Notes: generated by a model not told the origin, from the sequence alone. A DNA stretch of 64,000 bases from Chloroflexota bacterium (GCA_026713485.1 JAPOOK010000036.1:579-64578); one strand, 5' to 3'; positions 51,563-60,635 are shown, numbered from the stretch's first letter. Numbers and translations: made by a program.

Positions 51563-53974
51563 ATGGCAACAGATACTGCGCCGTTGAGCGGACTCCGCGT
51601 CCTGGAGATCGCGGGCGAATTCATTGAGCCTGTCGGACGGCATCTCGTTGATCTTGGCGCCGACGTAACTCTCATCGAGCCGCCGGGCGGCAGCCCCTCA
51701 CGCCACATCGCGCCCCAACCGGCTCGTCCGACGACCGAGCCCCGCAGCCTCTATTTCCTGCGGTTCAACCTCGGCAAACGGAGCATCGTTCTCGACCTCG
51801 ACACTGAAGAAGGCTTAAGCGTCCTGCGGGATTCCTTGTTGCCGAACGCGGATGTCCTAATGACGTCGTTCAACCAACAGGAACTGGAGTCGCACGGACT
51901 CGACTACGCCTCCCTCACGGCGATCAATCCTAATATCATCCTGACCACCGTCACGCCGTATGGCCGCAAGGGCATCCACGCCGGATTCGCGGGCAATGAT
52001 TTTACCGCCGGCGCCGCGGGCGGCATGACATTCATGGAGGGACGGCGCGACGGCCTCCCTGCCGCGCAGCCCCACTACCAGGGAGTGCAGATGACGGCGC
52101 TGCACGCGGCGTACGGAACGCTTCTGGCGTGGTGGCACGCGCGGAACGGCGGCGGCGGACAGGAGGTGGATGTCTCCCTACAGGACGTCGTGGCGCACGA
52201 GTATTTCAACCTTGTTTACTACGCCTCCTACGGCGAGATTGTGCAGCGGGTCGGGGGACTGAGCGGGGGACGTCCCACAAACTACTTCCCCTGCTCTGAC
52301 GGCTGGATACTAATGTCCCTAATCCAGGCGCACCAGTGGGAGGCATTTGCGGAATGGACGCAGGACCCACTGATTATGGATCCAATGTTTGACGACTCCG
52401 CAGTGCGCGCGGACGCTGTCGAGTTCCTTGATGAGCGGATATCCGAATTCACACGGTCGATGACTGTGCAGGAATTCCTGGAAGGCTCTATCCCTCGCAG
52501 GATTCCGGCCGGGCCGGTCAACGACATCGTCGGACTAATCAACCACCCGCACACCATCGCGCGCAACGTGATGACAGAGGTCGATGATCCGGTCATCGGC
52601 ACGTATGCGACACAGGGAGCGCCGTTCCGGTTCAGCCGGACGCCATGGGAGATCAAGGGCCCTGCCCCAACCATCGGTCAGCACAATGACGATTTGGCGG
52701 CAATCACAGCGCACCCACATGAGAATGGGCACCTAGCGCCCGCCGCAACCTCCGCCCATGAACGCACACTGCCTCTTGAGGGCATCCGTATAGTCGATCT
52801 GACCAAGTCGTGGGCCGGGCCGTACGGCGCGCGGTACCTGGCGGATTTCGGCGCAGAGGTCATTCGAATCGAGTCCACCAAGTTCCCTGAGGGGCGCGTG
52901 ATGGATCCGGACAATCATGACGCGTGGCTTCGATCCAACACGATGTACGGGGAGATCAACCGCAACAAATATTCGGTCGCGCTCGACCTCCACTCGGAGG
53001 AAGGCAAGGACATCTTCAGGAGGCTGGTCGCGGAGAGCGACATCGTGCTCGAGAACTTCCATTACGCCACCCTGCCCCGCTGGGGCATGGCATACGAGGA
53101 TCTCAAGAAGGTCAACTCTCGCATCATTGTGTTGAGCGCGCCGGGATACGGATATGAGGGGCCGATCCGCGATTACTTTGCCTATGGCGGCTGCATCGGC
53201 GCTTATGCGGGCATCTCAACGCTGTGGGGGCACGCTGACTCCGAGGTGAACGAACGACCAAAGCAGGCGTACACGGACTTCGTGACGGCGGGACATCTCG
53301 CGCTGTCCGTCATGGCAGCGCTGCACGAGCGCGAGCGATCCGGTGAGGGGCAGCACATCGAACTCACACAGATCGACTCCGCTGTGGCGATGGTTGGCAC
53401 AGCCATCCTTGAGCACACCATTAATGGAGAGACGCCGCAGCCCATCGGCAATCGCAGCCCGCACGCCGCGCCGCAAGGAGTGTACGCGTGCATCGGCGTG
53501 GACAAGTGGGTGGCTATATCCTGCGAGACGGACGAGGAATGGCAGACGCTGGCCACTCTCATGGGCGGCGTGCTGCCCGCCGAACTCCGTGAAAAATGCA
53601 CCACCCTGGAATCACGCCACGCGCTGCATGACAATCTCGATGCTGCCATCGGCGAATGGACTGCAGTTCGTACTCCGGGGCAGATAATGCAAGCGTGCCA
53701 GAAGGTGGGCGTCAAGGCGGCAATCGTCGCATCCGGCGAGGATTTGTACCACGATCCGCATCTGCGGTCGCGTGGCTACGTTGTGGAGATCGATCATCCC
53801 TGGCCGGGCAAGCTTCAACATCCAGGCATGACAGTGCGACTGACAGAGACGCCGGGGCAGGTTCGGATGCCCGCGCCGCTCACCGGCCAACACACGGCGG
53901 AAATCGTGGAGCGCGTGCTCGGCATCAAGAGCGATGAGGCGGAGGAACTGACAAAGGCCGGCGTGCTGGTCTAG
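51563..53974 (+). CDS. fused tandem family III CoA-transferase (two CaiB/BaiF domains in one polypeptide)
   Basis: An N-terminal LSGLRVLEIAGEFIEPVGRHLVDLGADV domain and a second LEGIRIVDLTKSWAGPYGARYLADFGAEVIRIES domain, each followed by a full CoA-transferase fold. The ORF opens at 51515 but the first ATG is at 51563. Confidence 0.7.
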   Translation: MATDTAPLSGLRVLEIAGEFIEPVGRHLVDLGADVTLIEPPGGSPSRHIAPQPARPTTEPRSLYFLRFNLGKRSIVLDLDTEEGLSVLRDSLLPNADVLMTSFNQQELESHGLDYASLTAINPNIILTTVTPYGRKGIHAGFAGNDFTAGAAGGMTFMEGRRDGLPAAQPHYQGVQMTALHAAYGTLLAWWHARNGGGGQEVDVSLQDVVAHEYFNLVYYASYGEIVQRVGGLSGGRPTNYFPCSDGWILMSLIQAHQWEAFAEWTQDPLIMDPMFDDSAVRADAVEFLDERISEFTRSMTVQEFLEGSIPRRIPAGPVNDIVGLINHPHTIARNVMTEVDDPVIGTYATQGAPFRFSRTPWEIKGPAPTIGQHNDDLAAITAHPHENGHLAPAATSAHERTLPLEGIRIVDLTKSWAGPYGARYLADFGAEVIRIESTKFPEGRVMDPDNHDAWLRSNTMYGEINRNKYSVALDLHSEEGKDIFRRLVAESDIVLENFHYATLPRWGMAYEDLKKVNSRIIVLSAPGYGYEGPIRDYFAYGGCIGAYAGISTLWGHADSEVNERPKQAYTDFVTAGHLALSVMAALHERERSGEGQHIELTQIDSAVAMVGTAILEHTINGETPQPIGNRSPHAAPQGVYACIGVDKWVAISCETDEEWQTLATLMGGVLPAELREKCTTLESRHALHDNLDAAIGEWTAVRTPGQIMQACQKVGVKAAIVASGEDLYHDPHLRSRGYVVEIDHPWPGKLQHPGMTVRLTETPGQVRMPAPLTGQHTAEIVERVLGIKSDEAEELTKAGVLV

Positions 53975-53991
53975 GGGAGATTGGGGGAGCG

Positions 53992-55182
53992 ATGGACTTC
54001 CGGTTTACGGCAGAAGATCAGAAGCTGCGTGATGAGGTAAAGAACTTCGTCGAGAGCGAGTGGGACGCGCAGGGCATCGACTCGTTCAGCAACTCTGTCT
54101 ATTCCTATGACGTTCATCACGTCGAGGATGATCAGCGCATCCACGAGTACACAAAGAAGCTGGCCCAACGCGGCTGGTACACCATGCACTGGCCCGAGGA
54201 GTACGGCGGGCAGAACGCGCCCCTGAGTCGGGTGTTGGCCTACCGGGAGGAGGCGGCGTACCGTGGCTCGCCCGTCACCTCGCCCACGTTCTTCGCGCAT
54301 ACCCTTATGTATTATGGGCAAGACTGGCAGAAGGAAGAGATTCTCGGCAAGATTGCCAGCGGCGAGCTGATCAACTTCTCGCAGGGATTCAGCGAGCCGA
54401 ATGCCGGGGCGGACCTCGGCAGTCTGCAGACGCGCGCCGTTCAGGATGGCGACGATTGGGTCATCACGGGCCAGAAGATCTGGAACACCGGCGGTCACAT
54501 GGCCGACATCGGCCACTACCTTGTCCGCACCGACCCCGCCGCCCCAAAGCACCGCGGCATCTCCTATTTCGTCGTCGATATGCACGACCCCGGAATCACG
54601 CTCAGGCCGCTGTTTGACGCGCTTGGCCGGCAGCGGTGGGTTGAGGTGTTTCTGGACGGCGCGCGGGTGCCGTCGCGCAACCTGGTGGGTGAACTCAATC
54701 GCGGCTGGTATGCCGCCATGACCAATATGTCATTCGAGCGTTCCAACGTTGAGGCTCCCTCTTACCGGCTCCGCGACCTTGAGAATTTCTTGGACTACGC
54801 CCACGAGACGCCGCTCGCGGATGGCTCTCGCATCACAGATGATCCCATCGCACGGCACGTTCTGGCGGACGCGCGGGTGTTGATTGAGCTCGGGAGGATG
54901 ATCTCGTACCAGGTGGCGTGGATCCAGAGCAAGGGCGAGGTCCCGGCGATGGAGTCGGCGTTCTCCAAGCTCTTCCACGACGAGATGACGCCGGACGTTT
55001 TTGGCGCGCTGAACCGCCTGCTACGCGAGGCAGGTATCTTCAACGTCGGCGACCCGCGCGCGCCGATGAACGGCTACCCGCAGGTGAACTCCTACCTAAG
55101 CTGGATGAACCGCTTCGCCGGCGGCGGCCGGGAGATTGAGCTGAACATTATTGCGCAGCGGGGCTTGGGGTTGCCGAGGTAG
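53992..55182 (+). CDS. acyl-CoA dehydrogenase (FadE/ChsE-like subunit 2)
   Basis: Paralog of 50312..51502 (MDFRFTAEDQKLRDEVKNFV, GFSEPNAGADLGSLQTRA). Same C-terminal QRGLGLPR tail. Confidence 0.8.
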   Translation: MDFRFTAEDQKLRDEVKNFVESEWDAQGIDSFSNSVYSYDVHHVEDDQRIHEYTKKLAQRGWYTMHWPEEYGGQNAPLSRVLAYREEAAYRGSPVTSPTFFAHTLMYYGQDWQKEEILGKIASGELINFSQGFSEPNAGADLGSLQTRAVQDGDDWVITGQKIWNTGGHMADIGHYLVRTDPAAPKHRGISYFVVDMHDPGITLRPLFDALGRQRWVEVFLDGARVPSRNLVGELNRGWYAAMTNMSFERSNVEAPSYRLRDLENFLDYAHETPLADGSRITDDPIARHVLADARVLIELGRMISYQVAWIQSKGEVPAMESAFSKLFHDEMTPDVFGALNRLLREAGIFNVGDPRAPMNGYPQVNSYLSWMNRFAGGGREIELNIIAQRGLGLPR

Positions 55183-55244
55183 GAAGTCCGTCTCGACAAA
55201 ACTCCCGTACCCGACTCCCTCACCACTCCTGCATAAACAATCGA

Positions 55245-57092
55245 ATGGCCCGCACCCCCTACATCACGTGTCGTTCATGCAAGGTAAGCATGCACAACTA
55301 CGCGTATGAATATCATGAGCACAACCCTCAGCGTGAGCCAATCCCGCAGGACAGTGTCAGCTGTAATGCCTGCCGTGGTACTGGTCTGATACAGGGCGGT
55401 CAAGCCCACTTTCTGGGTGGTCGAGTCCTACGGTGTACACGCTGCGGCGGCCATGGATTGGTGCGCGCAACGTCCACCTCGCGCCCTTCCCCGCGAGGTG
55501 GCGTGTCGATTCTCAAGCCTCAGGCAAACCCTGTGGGCCTAACGCCGTCCGAACGTGAACGGCTGATGGAGACTGTAGAGCAGGTCGTAACCGACGCTGA
55601 AACAGAGGCGGAAGAAGAACGGAAAGCACGCCAGCGGGAGCAAAGGGAAGAGCAAGAGCGTCAAGCGGAAGAAAGACGAGTAGCACGCGAACGAAAGCAA
55701 GAGGAAGAGCAGGAACGCGCAACGCGCCAGCGGGAGCAAAAAGAAGAACAAGAGCGTCGACTTGCGGCCGAGCGGCTCAAGGCCAGAGACCGGGAACGTC
55801 AAGATGGGGAAGCGCGTCCAACAACTGAGGAGTACGCAGCGCAGGAAGGTACAGCGCTACATCACATAGGGAACCAGGAGCGCTTATGGGATGACGTGGG
55901 CAAGCGAGCCGAACGCAGAGGACGAGTCGGGCGTCTTTTTCGCCGAGTCATACTCGCCGGAGGCCTGATCTCTCTTGGCGCCATTGCCGCTTTATTCCTT
56001 ACTCAAACCCCTCTGCAGAACGTAGTCGATTCGGTAAGAGACTTCTGGAACGACCCAGGCATTGAGATTCCTGGCGGCGAGTCCGAGGAATCAGACAATC
56101 GCGGCTCAGATTCTATTGCACCTCCGATAGCTCCCTCACCCACAGCAACGGCAACCGCTACACCGACGCCCTTGTCCACTGCTGCTCCAACGCCGACACC
56201 TGTTCCAGTATCCCCATGGGCAGGATTCGCCATTACACGAGAGACTCAAGGCAAGGACATACTGGACAGACTTTCGGATGAAGAGAGAGCCTGTGTGCGT
56301 TCGGCCAATTCAGATGCCTTCTACGAAAGCTTTCCCTCCCGGCCTATTGGGGTGAGGATCGCCATGAACCCGCCCGTTCGTGACACCGCCGACATGCCAG
56401 AACTGGCAGCCTGCCTGTCAGAGGACAGCACGGCACATCTCAATCAAGCCATTGCAATATTCCACGATCCGAGTCTGGCGCCGCCCTCACCTACGCCTGC
56501 GCCGACCGTCACGCCAACGCCACGCCCAACCGCTACGGCCAGGCCGACTGTTACTCCAACACCCCGCCCGACGGTAACGCCGACGCCAAGGCCAACGGCG
56601 ACACCGGACCTAACCCGGGGGAGTGCCGGATGGATCGCTGCACTGGAACAACGAGTCCATGAATTGGTTAACCGTCAGAGGACAACCGGGTTAGGGTACG
56701 ACGTAGAGCTAGCGTCCATCGCCAGGTCACATAGCGCAGACATGGCAACTGCCAGATTCTTTTCACACACAAACCCTCGGGGACAGTCTCCTACGGATCG
56801 TGGAGCGCAAGTAGGATACAACTGCCGAAAGGATTACGGCTCTTATTACACCTACGGTCTGGCCGAGAATATCTATCAAGCTTGGCTCTACGGTTCGTAC
56901 CGAACCGTTAACGGGATAGTTGTCAGCAAGGACTACCATTCGTTAGAGAAGTTGGCCAATCTCGTCGTGGATGGCTGGATGGATAGTCCAGGACACCGCG
57001 AGAACATCTTGAATACTACTTATGACGTGCAAGGTATCGGAGTGGCCGTTAATGACGATCAGCAAGTCTACGTTACACAGAACTTCTGTTGA
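55245..57092 (+). CDS. membrane protein with N-terminal DnaJ-like CxxCxGxG zinc finger, charged coiled-coil repeats, one TM helix, PT-rich linkers and C-terminal CAP (SCP/PR-1/YkwD-like) domain
   Basis: CNACRGTG and CTRCGGHG motifs. ERKARQREQREEQERQAEE repeats. TM helix ILAGGLISLGAIAALFL. TPTPRPT repeats. C-terminal GYDVELASIARSHSADM...FSHTNP...GENI...GWMDSPGHRENIL CAP signature. Confidence 0.7.
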   Translation: MARTPYITCRSCKVSMHNYAYEYHEHNPQREPIPQDSVSCNACRGTGLIQGGQAHFLGGRVLRCTRCGGHGLVRATSTSRPSPRGGVSILKPQANPVGLTPSERERLMETVEQVVTDAETEAEEERKARQREQREEQERQAEERRVARERKQEEEQERATRQREQKEEQERRLAAERLKARDRERQDGEARPTTEEYAAQEGTALHHIGNQERLWDDVGKRAERRGRVGRLFRRVILAGGLISLGAIAALFLTQTPLQNVVDSVRDFWNDPGIEIPGGESEESDNRGSDSIAPPIAPSPTATATATPTPLSTAAPTPTPVPVSPWAGFAITRETQGKDILDRLSDEERACVRSANSDAFYESFPSRPIGVRIAMNPPVRDTADMPELAACLSEDSTAHLNQAIAIFHDPSLAPPSPTPAPTVTPTPRPTATARPTVTPTPRPTVTPTPRPTATPDLTRGSAGWIAALEQRVHELVNRQRTTGLGYDVELASIARSHSADMATARFFSHTNPRGQSPTDRGAQVGYNCRKDYGSYYTYGLAENIYQAWLYGSYRTVNGIVVSKDYHSLEKLANLVVDGWMDSPGHRENILNTTYDVQGIGVAVNDDQQVYVTQNFC

Positions 57093-57164
57093 TGCACGAC
57101 CTGCTCAATCGACGTAAACTGATGCCGCAAATAGAGTCGCCTACTGAGGAGAGGGGGCATCGCC

Positions 57165-57698
57165 ATGACATCTGAGGGTGGGACGTATATCACGGCGGAG
57201 GTGGAGGCGTATATCGGGACGGAGAGTCCGCCGCTGGTTTCTCCACCGGTTTCGGAGAGCGAGATTCGGCGGTTTGCCATGGCGGCTTATTGGCCGGAGG
57301 TGCCGCCCCGTCGCTTCTGGGACGCGGAGTATGCGAAGTCGACACGGTTTGGCGGGATTGTCGCGCCGGATGAGTTTAATCCGTTTGGCTGGATGGTGGG
57401 TCGGGCGCACATCGGGCCGCAGCCGACACACATCGACGAGGCTCAAGGAGAACTTGAAGAGGCGCGCAACCTGCGTCCGCCCGGCGCGCCGGAACGGTAT
57501 CTCTATGCGGGTTCATCGTCGGAGTATCACGCACCCATTAGGCCCGGCGATGTCATCACGTCCATCCTGAAGTTCTCTGAGGTCTATGAGCGACAGGGCG
57601 GGCTGGGCCTGATGCTGTTCTACGTCGTTGAAGAGCGGATGACGAACCAGAATGGCGAGTTGGTCCGCGTGTTCAGGACGAACAACATTTTGTACTAG
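57165..57698 (+). CDS. MaoC-N-type hotdog protein (ChsH-like hydratase subunit, no catalytic motif)
   Basis: 177 aa hotdog fold of the MaoC_dehydrat_N type. RBS GGAGAGGGGG. Confidence 0.55.
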   Translation: MTSEGGTYITAEVEAYIGTESPPLVSPPVSESEIRRFAMAAYWPEVPPRRFWDAEYAKSTRFGGIVAPDEFNPFGWMVGRAHIGPQPTHIDEAQGELEEARNLRPPGAPERYLYAGSSSEYHAPIRPGDVITSILKFSEVYERQGGLGLMLFYVVEERMTNQNGELVRVFRTNNILY

Positions 57699-57705
57699 GG
57701 TGGGC

Positions 57706-57775
57706 GGTTAGATTCTTCGCTGCGCTCAGAATGACAGTCCCGATGGATTCCCACTTTCACGGGAATGACGGGTGG
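57706..57775. repeat. composite REP-like palindromic repeat (units TTCTTCGCTGCGCTCAGAATGACAG and TTCCCACTTTCACGGGAATGACGGG)
   Basis: Hairpin TTCCN...GGAA followed by the TGACRG core. Recurs at 62883..62925, 63003..63040 and 63941..63990. Confidence 0.6.
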
Positions 57776-57786
57776 GAGGCAAGACA

Positions 57787-58212
57787 ATGACACTCTATTG
57801 GCAAGACGTGGAAGATGGCTCGGAGATTCCGGAGTTCGCCCGCACGACGACGCTGATGAACTGGAACCGGTGGGCATCCGTGAACGATGAGTTCGTGCCG
57901 ATGCACATGGACGATGACGATGCACGCGCGAACGGACAGCAGGCCGCTTTCGGCGAAGGTCCGCTGCGCTATTCGTACCTTCACAGCGCGCTGCGAGAGT
58001 GGATCGGCGACGACGGCGACATCGTATTCGTTAACGCGCAGTACCGCGGAATCAACTACAAGGGAGATATCCTTACCGTCTCAGGCCGCGTGACCGGCAA
58101 GCGTGAGGAGAACGGACGTCACTTGGTGGACGTGGACCTCGCGATCACGAATCAGCGCGGAGAGGCCGTCACCCCCGGCAACGCGACGGTGGCGCTGCCG
58201 AGCAGGGGCTAG
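57787..58212 (+). CDS. MaoC-like (R)-specific enoyl-CoA hydratase, catalytic hotdog subunit
   Basis: The GDDGDIVFVNAQYRGINYKGDILTVSGRV region is typical of MaoC dehydratase. RBS GGGAGG. Start chosen at MTLYW. Confidence 0.65.
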   Translation: MTLYWQDVEDGSEIPEFARTTTLMNWNRWASVNDEFVPMHMDDDDARANGQQAAFGEGPLRYSYLHSALREWIGDDGDIVFVNAQYRGINYKGDILTVSGRVTGKREENGRHLVDVDLAITNQRGEAVTPGNATVALPSRG

Positions 58213-58574
58213 TCTCGTATTCGTATCCGCGCTTCTTCGACTATCCAGAGTTGGCCAGCCAAAGAATCTGTCGTCAGGCTGCGTAGAAATCTGTCACCTG
58301 TCGCAGCGATGCGATCTCGAGATTGATCATTTAGCCGGAACACAACGATTCCAAAGTAATTTGCCGGCGGGTATGACGTGATGTTTGCGAAGTCGGTGTC
58401 CAGAGTTACGAGTACACGTTCCTCTTCAACACAGGCGTTTGCGACTTCATAATCTCTGGCGCCGGCCATACCTTGCCCAACTATCGTGGCGGTGTCGTGG
58501 CCTTCCTGCTCAAATTGTGCCGTCATCTCTGCGGGCAGGTTCTCGTCCAGCTTGAACCTCACTTCAGAGGTCAC
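58209..58574 (-). CDS. DUF5615-like (PIN-like) putative toxin
   Basis: VRFKLDENLP N-terminus typical of DUF5615. 4-nt overlap with the upstream DUF433 gene. Confidence 0.6.
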   Translation of the reverse strand: MTSEVRFKLDENLPAEMTAQFEQEGHDTATIVGQGMAGARDYEVANACVEEERVLVTLDTDFANITSYPPANYFGIVVFRLNDQSRDRIAATGDRFLRSLTTDSLAGQLWIVEEARIRIRD

Positions 58575-58798
58575 CTGGCGAGAGGAGCAACACTTTCCCT
58601 GGCTAATTCAGCCGCATACAGGAGCGTTGCCTGGATCGACTCGAGGGGCACCGTCGGATAACTTGCGATAATCTCCTCGGCGGTTAGACCCGCCGCCAGG
58701 TTGTCGAGAATAGTAGTCACTTGCACACGGGTCCCTGTTATGCAGGCCTTGCCGTGCATGATCGCCGGATCGACAGTAATGTATTTGCGCCAGTCCAT
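58571..58798 (-). CDS. DUF433 putative antitoxin
   Basis: ITVDPAIMHGKACITGTRVQVTTILDNLAAGLTAEEIIASYP is the DUF433 signature. Start trimmed to MDWRK (the ORF extends to 58867). Confidence 0.6.
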   Translation of the reverse strand: MDWRKYITVDPAIMHGKACITGTRVQVTTILDNLAAGLTAEEIIASYPTVPLESIQATLLYAAELARESVAPLAR

Positions 58799-58952
58799 CT
58801 CGGTGCAACTCCAACGACGAGTATAGTCCGTTCGCCAACCCAACTGTAGCTTTCGCTGCTCATCCATAGGGCGAGCGTGACAATCCTGCCCTGCTTATGT
58901 CACTGTGTCGGCAGTCGGGCGAATAACGCCTGCAATGGGGGAGGAAGAGTCT

Positions 58953-60125
58953 ATGACAACCGGGAGTGATCTTTCGCGCGTGGCGGCGATTATCGGCGTG
59001 GATGAGTCCGATGAGATGGGCCATGTGCCACACAAGTCATCGATGCAGCACCATGCGGAGGCGGCGGATAACGCGCTCCGCGACGCAGGTCTCACGCTGG
59101 ATGACGTCGATGCCCTGTTCTGCGCGGGCGTCGGAACGGTTTCGGTCGCCGAGTATCTCGGCATCGTGCCGAAGTACACAGACACGACGTCCATCGGCGG
59201 CTCATCGTTCCTTGCGCACGTCGAGCACGCCATGGCCGCCATCAACGCGGGCCTAATCGACGTCGCCCTGATTACACACGGCGAGGCGGGGCGTTCCACA
59301 CGGGGTCGCGTTGGACGAGATCCGACGGCAGCAGGCTCACAGTATGAAGCGCCTTACGGCATGATCGGCGCGCCGGTCGCGTACGCGATGGCATGCAGCC
59401 GCTATATGCACATGTACGGGCCTGAGCGCGTGCGCCAAGGCATGGCGGACGTGTCCATTGCTACGCGCAAGTGGGCGCTCCAGAATCCGAAGTCGTTTGT
59501 GAATCACCCCAGCTGGATCGGCCCCGCCGATGTCGGCTATGAGGATTACCATGACTCTCGGTGGATCGCGTGGCCGTTCCACATCATGGACTGCTGCCTG
59601 GTGACTGACGGCGGCGGCGCATGCGTGGTCGTTTCGGCGGACGTTGCACGCAACGCGAAGAAGAAGCCGGCGTGGATCCTCGGATCCGCGGAGGGCCACG
59701 ACCACCAGATCATCAGCCAGATGCCGGACCTTACGCGCACCATCGCGCATGAGACGGGGCCGCGGTCGATGCAGATGGCAGGGGTCACGCACGATGACAT
59801 CGACCTGACGATGATCTACGACTCATTCACCTACACGGTGCTGACAACGCTGGAGAGTCTCGGTTATTGCGGGCCGGGCGAGGCGCCGGACTTTGTGGCG
59901 AACCTGAGAACCGGGCCGGGCGGCGATTTTCCAATGAACACGAGCGGCGGCGGCCTGTCCTACGCCCACACGGGCATGTACGGCATGTTCCTGCTGATTG
60001 AGGCGACACGCCAGTTGCGCGGCGAGAGCGGCGACCGGCAGGTCGAGGACTGCAACCTGTCGCTGGTGCATGGAACGGGCGGCGAACTGTCATCCACTGC
60101 CACGCTCGTCCTGAGCAATTCATAG
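58953..60125 (+). CDS. thiolase-like lipid-transfer protein (SCP-x/Ltp2 family, probable retro-aldolase)
   Basis: Thiolase fold, about 390 aa, RBS GGAGGAAG. Followed by a DUF35 protein, as for Ltp2-ChsH2(DUF35). Confidence 0.7.
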   Translation: MTTGSDLSRVAAIIGVDESDEMGHVPHKSSMQHHAEAADNALRDAGLTLDDVDALFCAGVGTVSVAEYLGIVPKYTDTTSIGGSSFLAHVEHAMAAINAGLIDVALITHGEAGRSTRGRVGRDPTAAGSQYEAPYGMIGAPVAYAMACSRYMHMYGPERVRQGMADVSIATRKWALQNPKSFVNHPSWIGPADVGYEDYHDSRWIAWPFHIMDCCLVTDGGGACVVVSADVARNAKKKPAWILGSAEGHDHQIISQMPDLTRTIAHETGPRSMQMAGVTHDDIDLTMIYDSFTYTVLTTLESLGYCGPGEAPDFVANLRTGPGGDFPMNTSGGGLSYAHTGMYGMFLLIEATRQLRGESGDRQVEDCNLSLVHGTGGELSSTATLVLSNS

Positions 60126-60136
60126 GGAGAACGACA

Positions 60137-60565
60137 ATGACAAACCAACCACCGGCCCGTATGCCATTGCCCCTGCCGACACCGACGCAGGAAAACGACT
60201 TCTATTGGGAGAAATGCAAGGAGCACGAGCTGTGGCTGCGAAGCTGCAACGCCTGTAACGAGCCGTACTTCTACCCTCGCGATATGTGCCCGGAGTGCCA
60301 CTCACGCGATACGACGTGGGTGCAGGCGAGCGGACGCGGCGAGGTCCACGCGTATGCCGTTGTTGAGCGGCCGCCGACGCCGGCCTTTGCGGGGGAAGTG
60401 CCATTCGTCACGGCGCTCATCAAGCTTGAGGAAGGGCCTATTCTGCCGACACGCATTGTCGGGGTGGAGCCGGTGCCGGACGCGGTCAGCATCGGCATGG
60501 CTGGCCAGATTGAGTTCGACGACGCCAGCGAGACTATCAGCCTGCCGGTGTTTAGGCCGAATTAG
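60137..60565 (+). CDS. DUF35 OB-fold / rubredoxin-like zinc-ribbon protein (thiolase partner)
   Basis: CNACNEPYFYPRDMCPECHS zinc ribbon followed by an OB-fold. Confidence 0.7.
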   Translation: MTNQPPARMPLPLPTPTQENDFYWEKCKEHELWLRSCNACNEPYFYPRDMCPECHSRDTTWVQASGRGEVHAYAVVERPPTPAFAGEVPFVTALIKLEEGPILPTRIVGVEPVPDAVSIGMAGQIEFDDASETISLPVFRPN

Positions 60566-60635
60566 GTTCGAGAAGGCATACTCACCCCCACCCTAACCCT
60601 CCCCCATCAACGGGGAGTTCTGGATTCAACCCCAA

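Noticed and set aside
50696-51643. 315-aa ORF antisense to fadE1
   Set aside because: Antisense to a well-supported acyl-CoA dehydrogenase. Low-complexity Arg-rich product.
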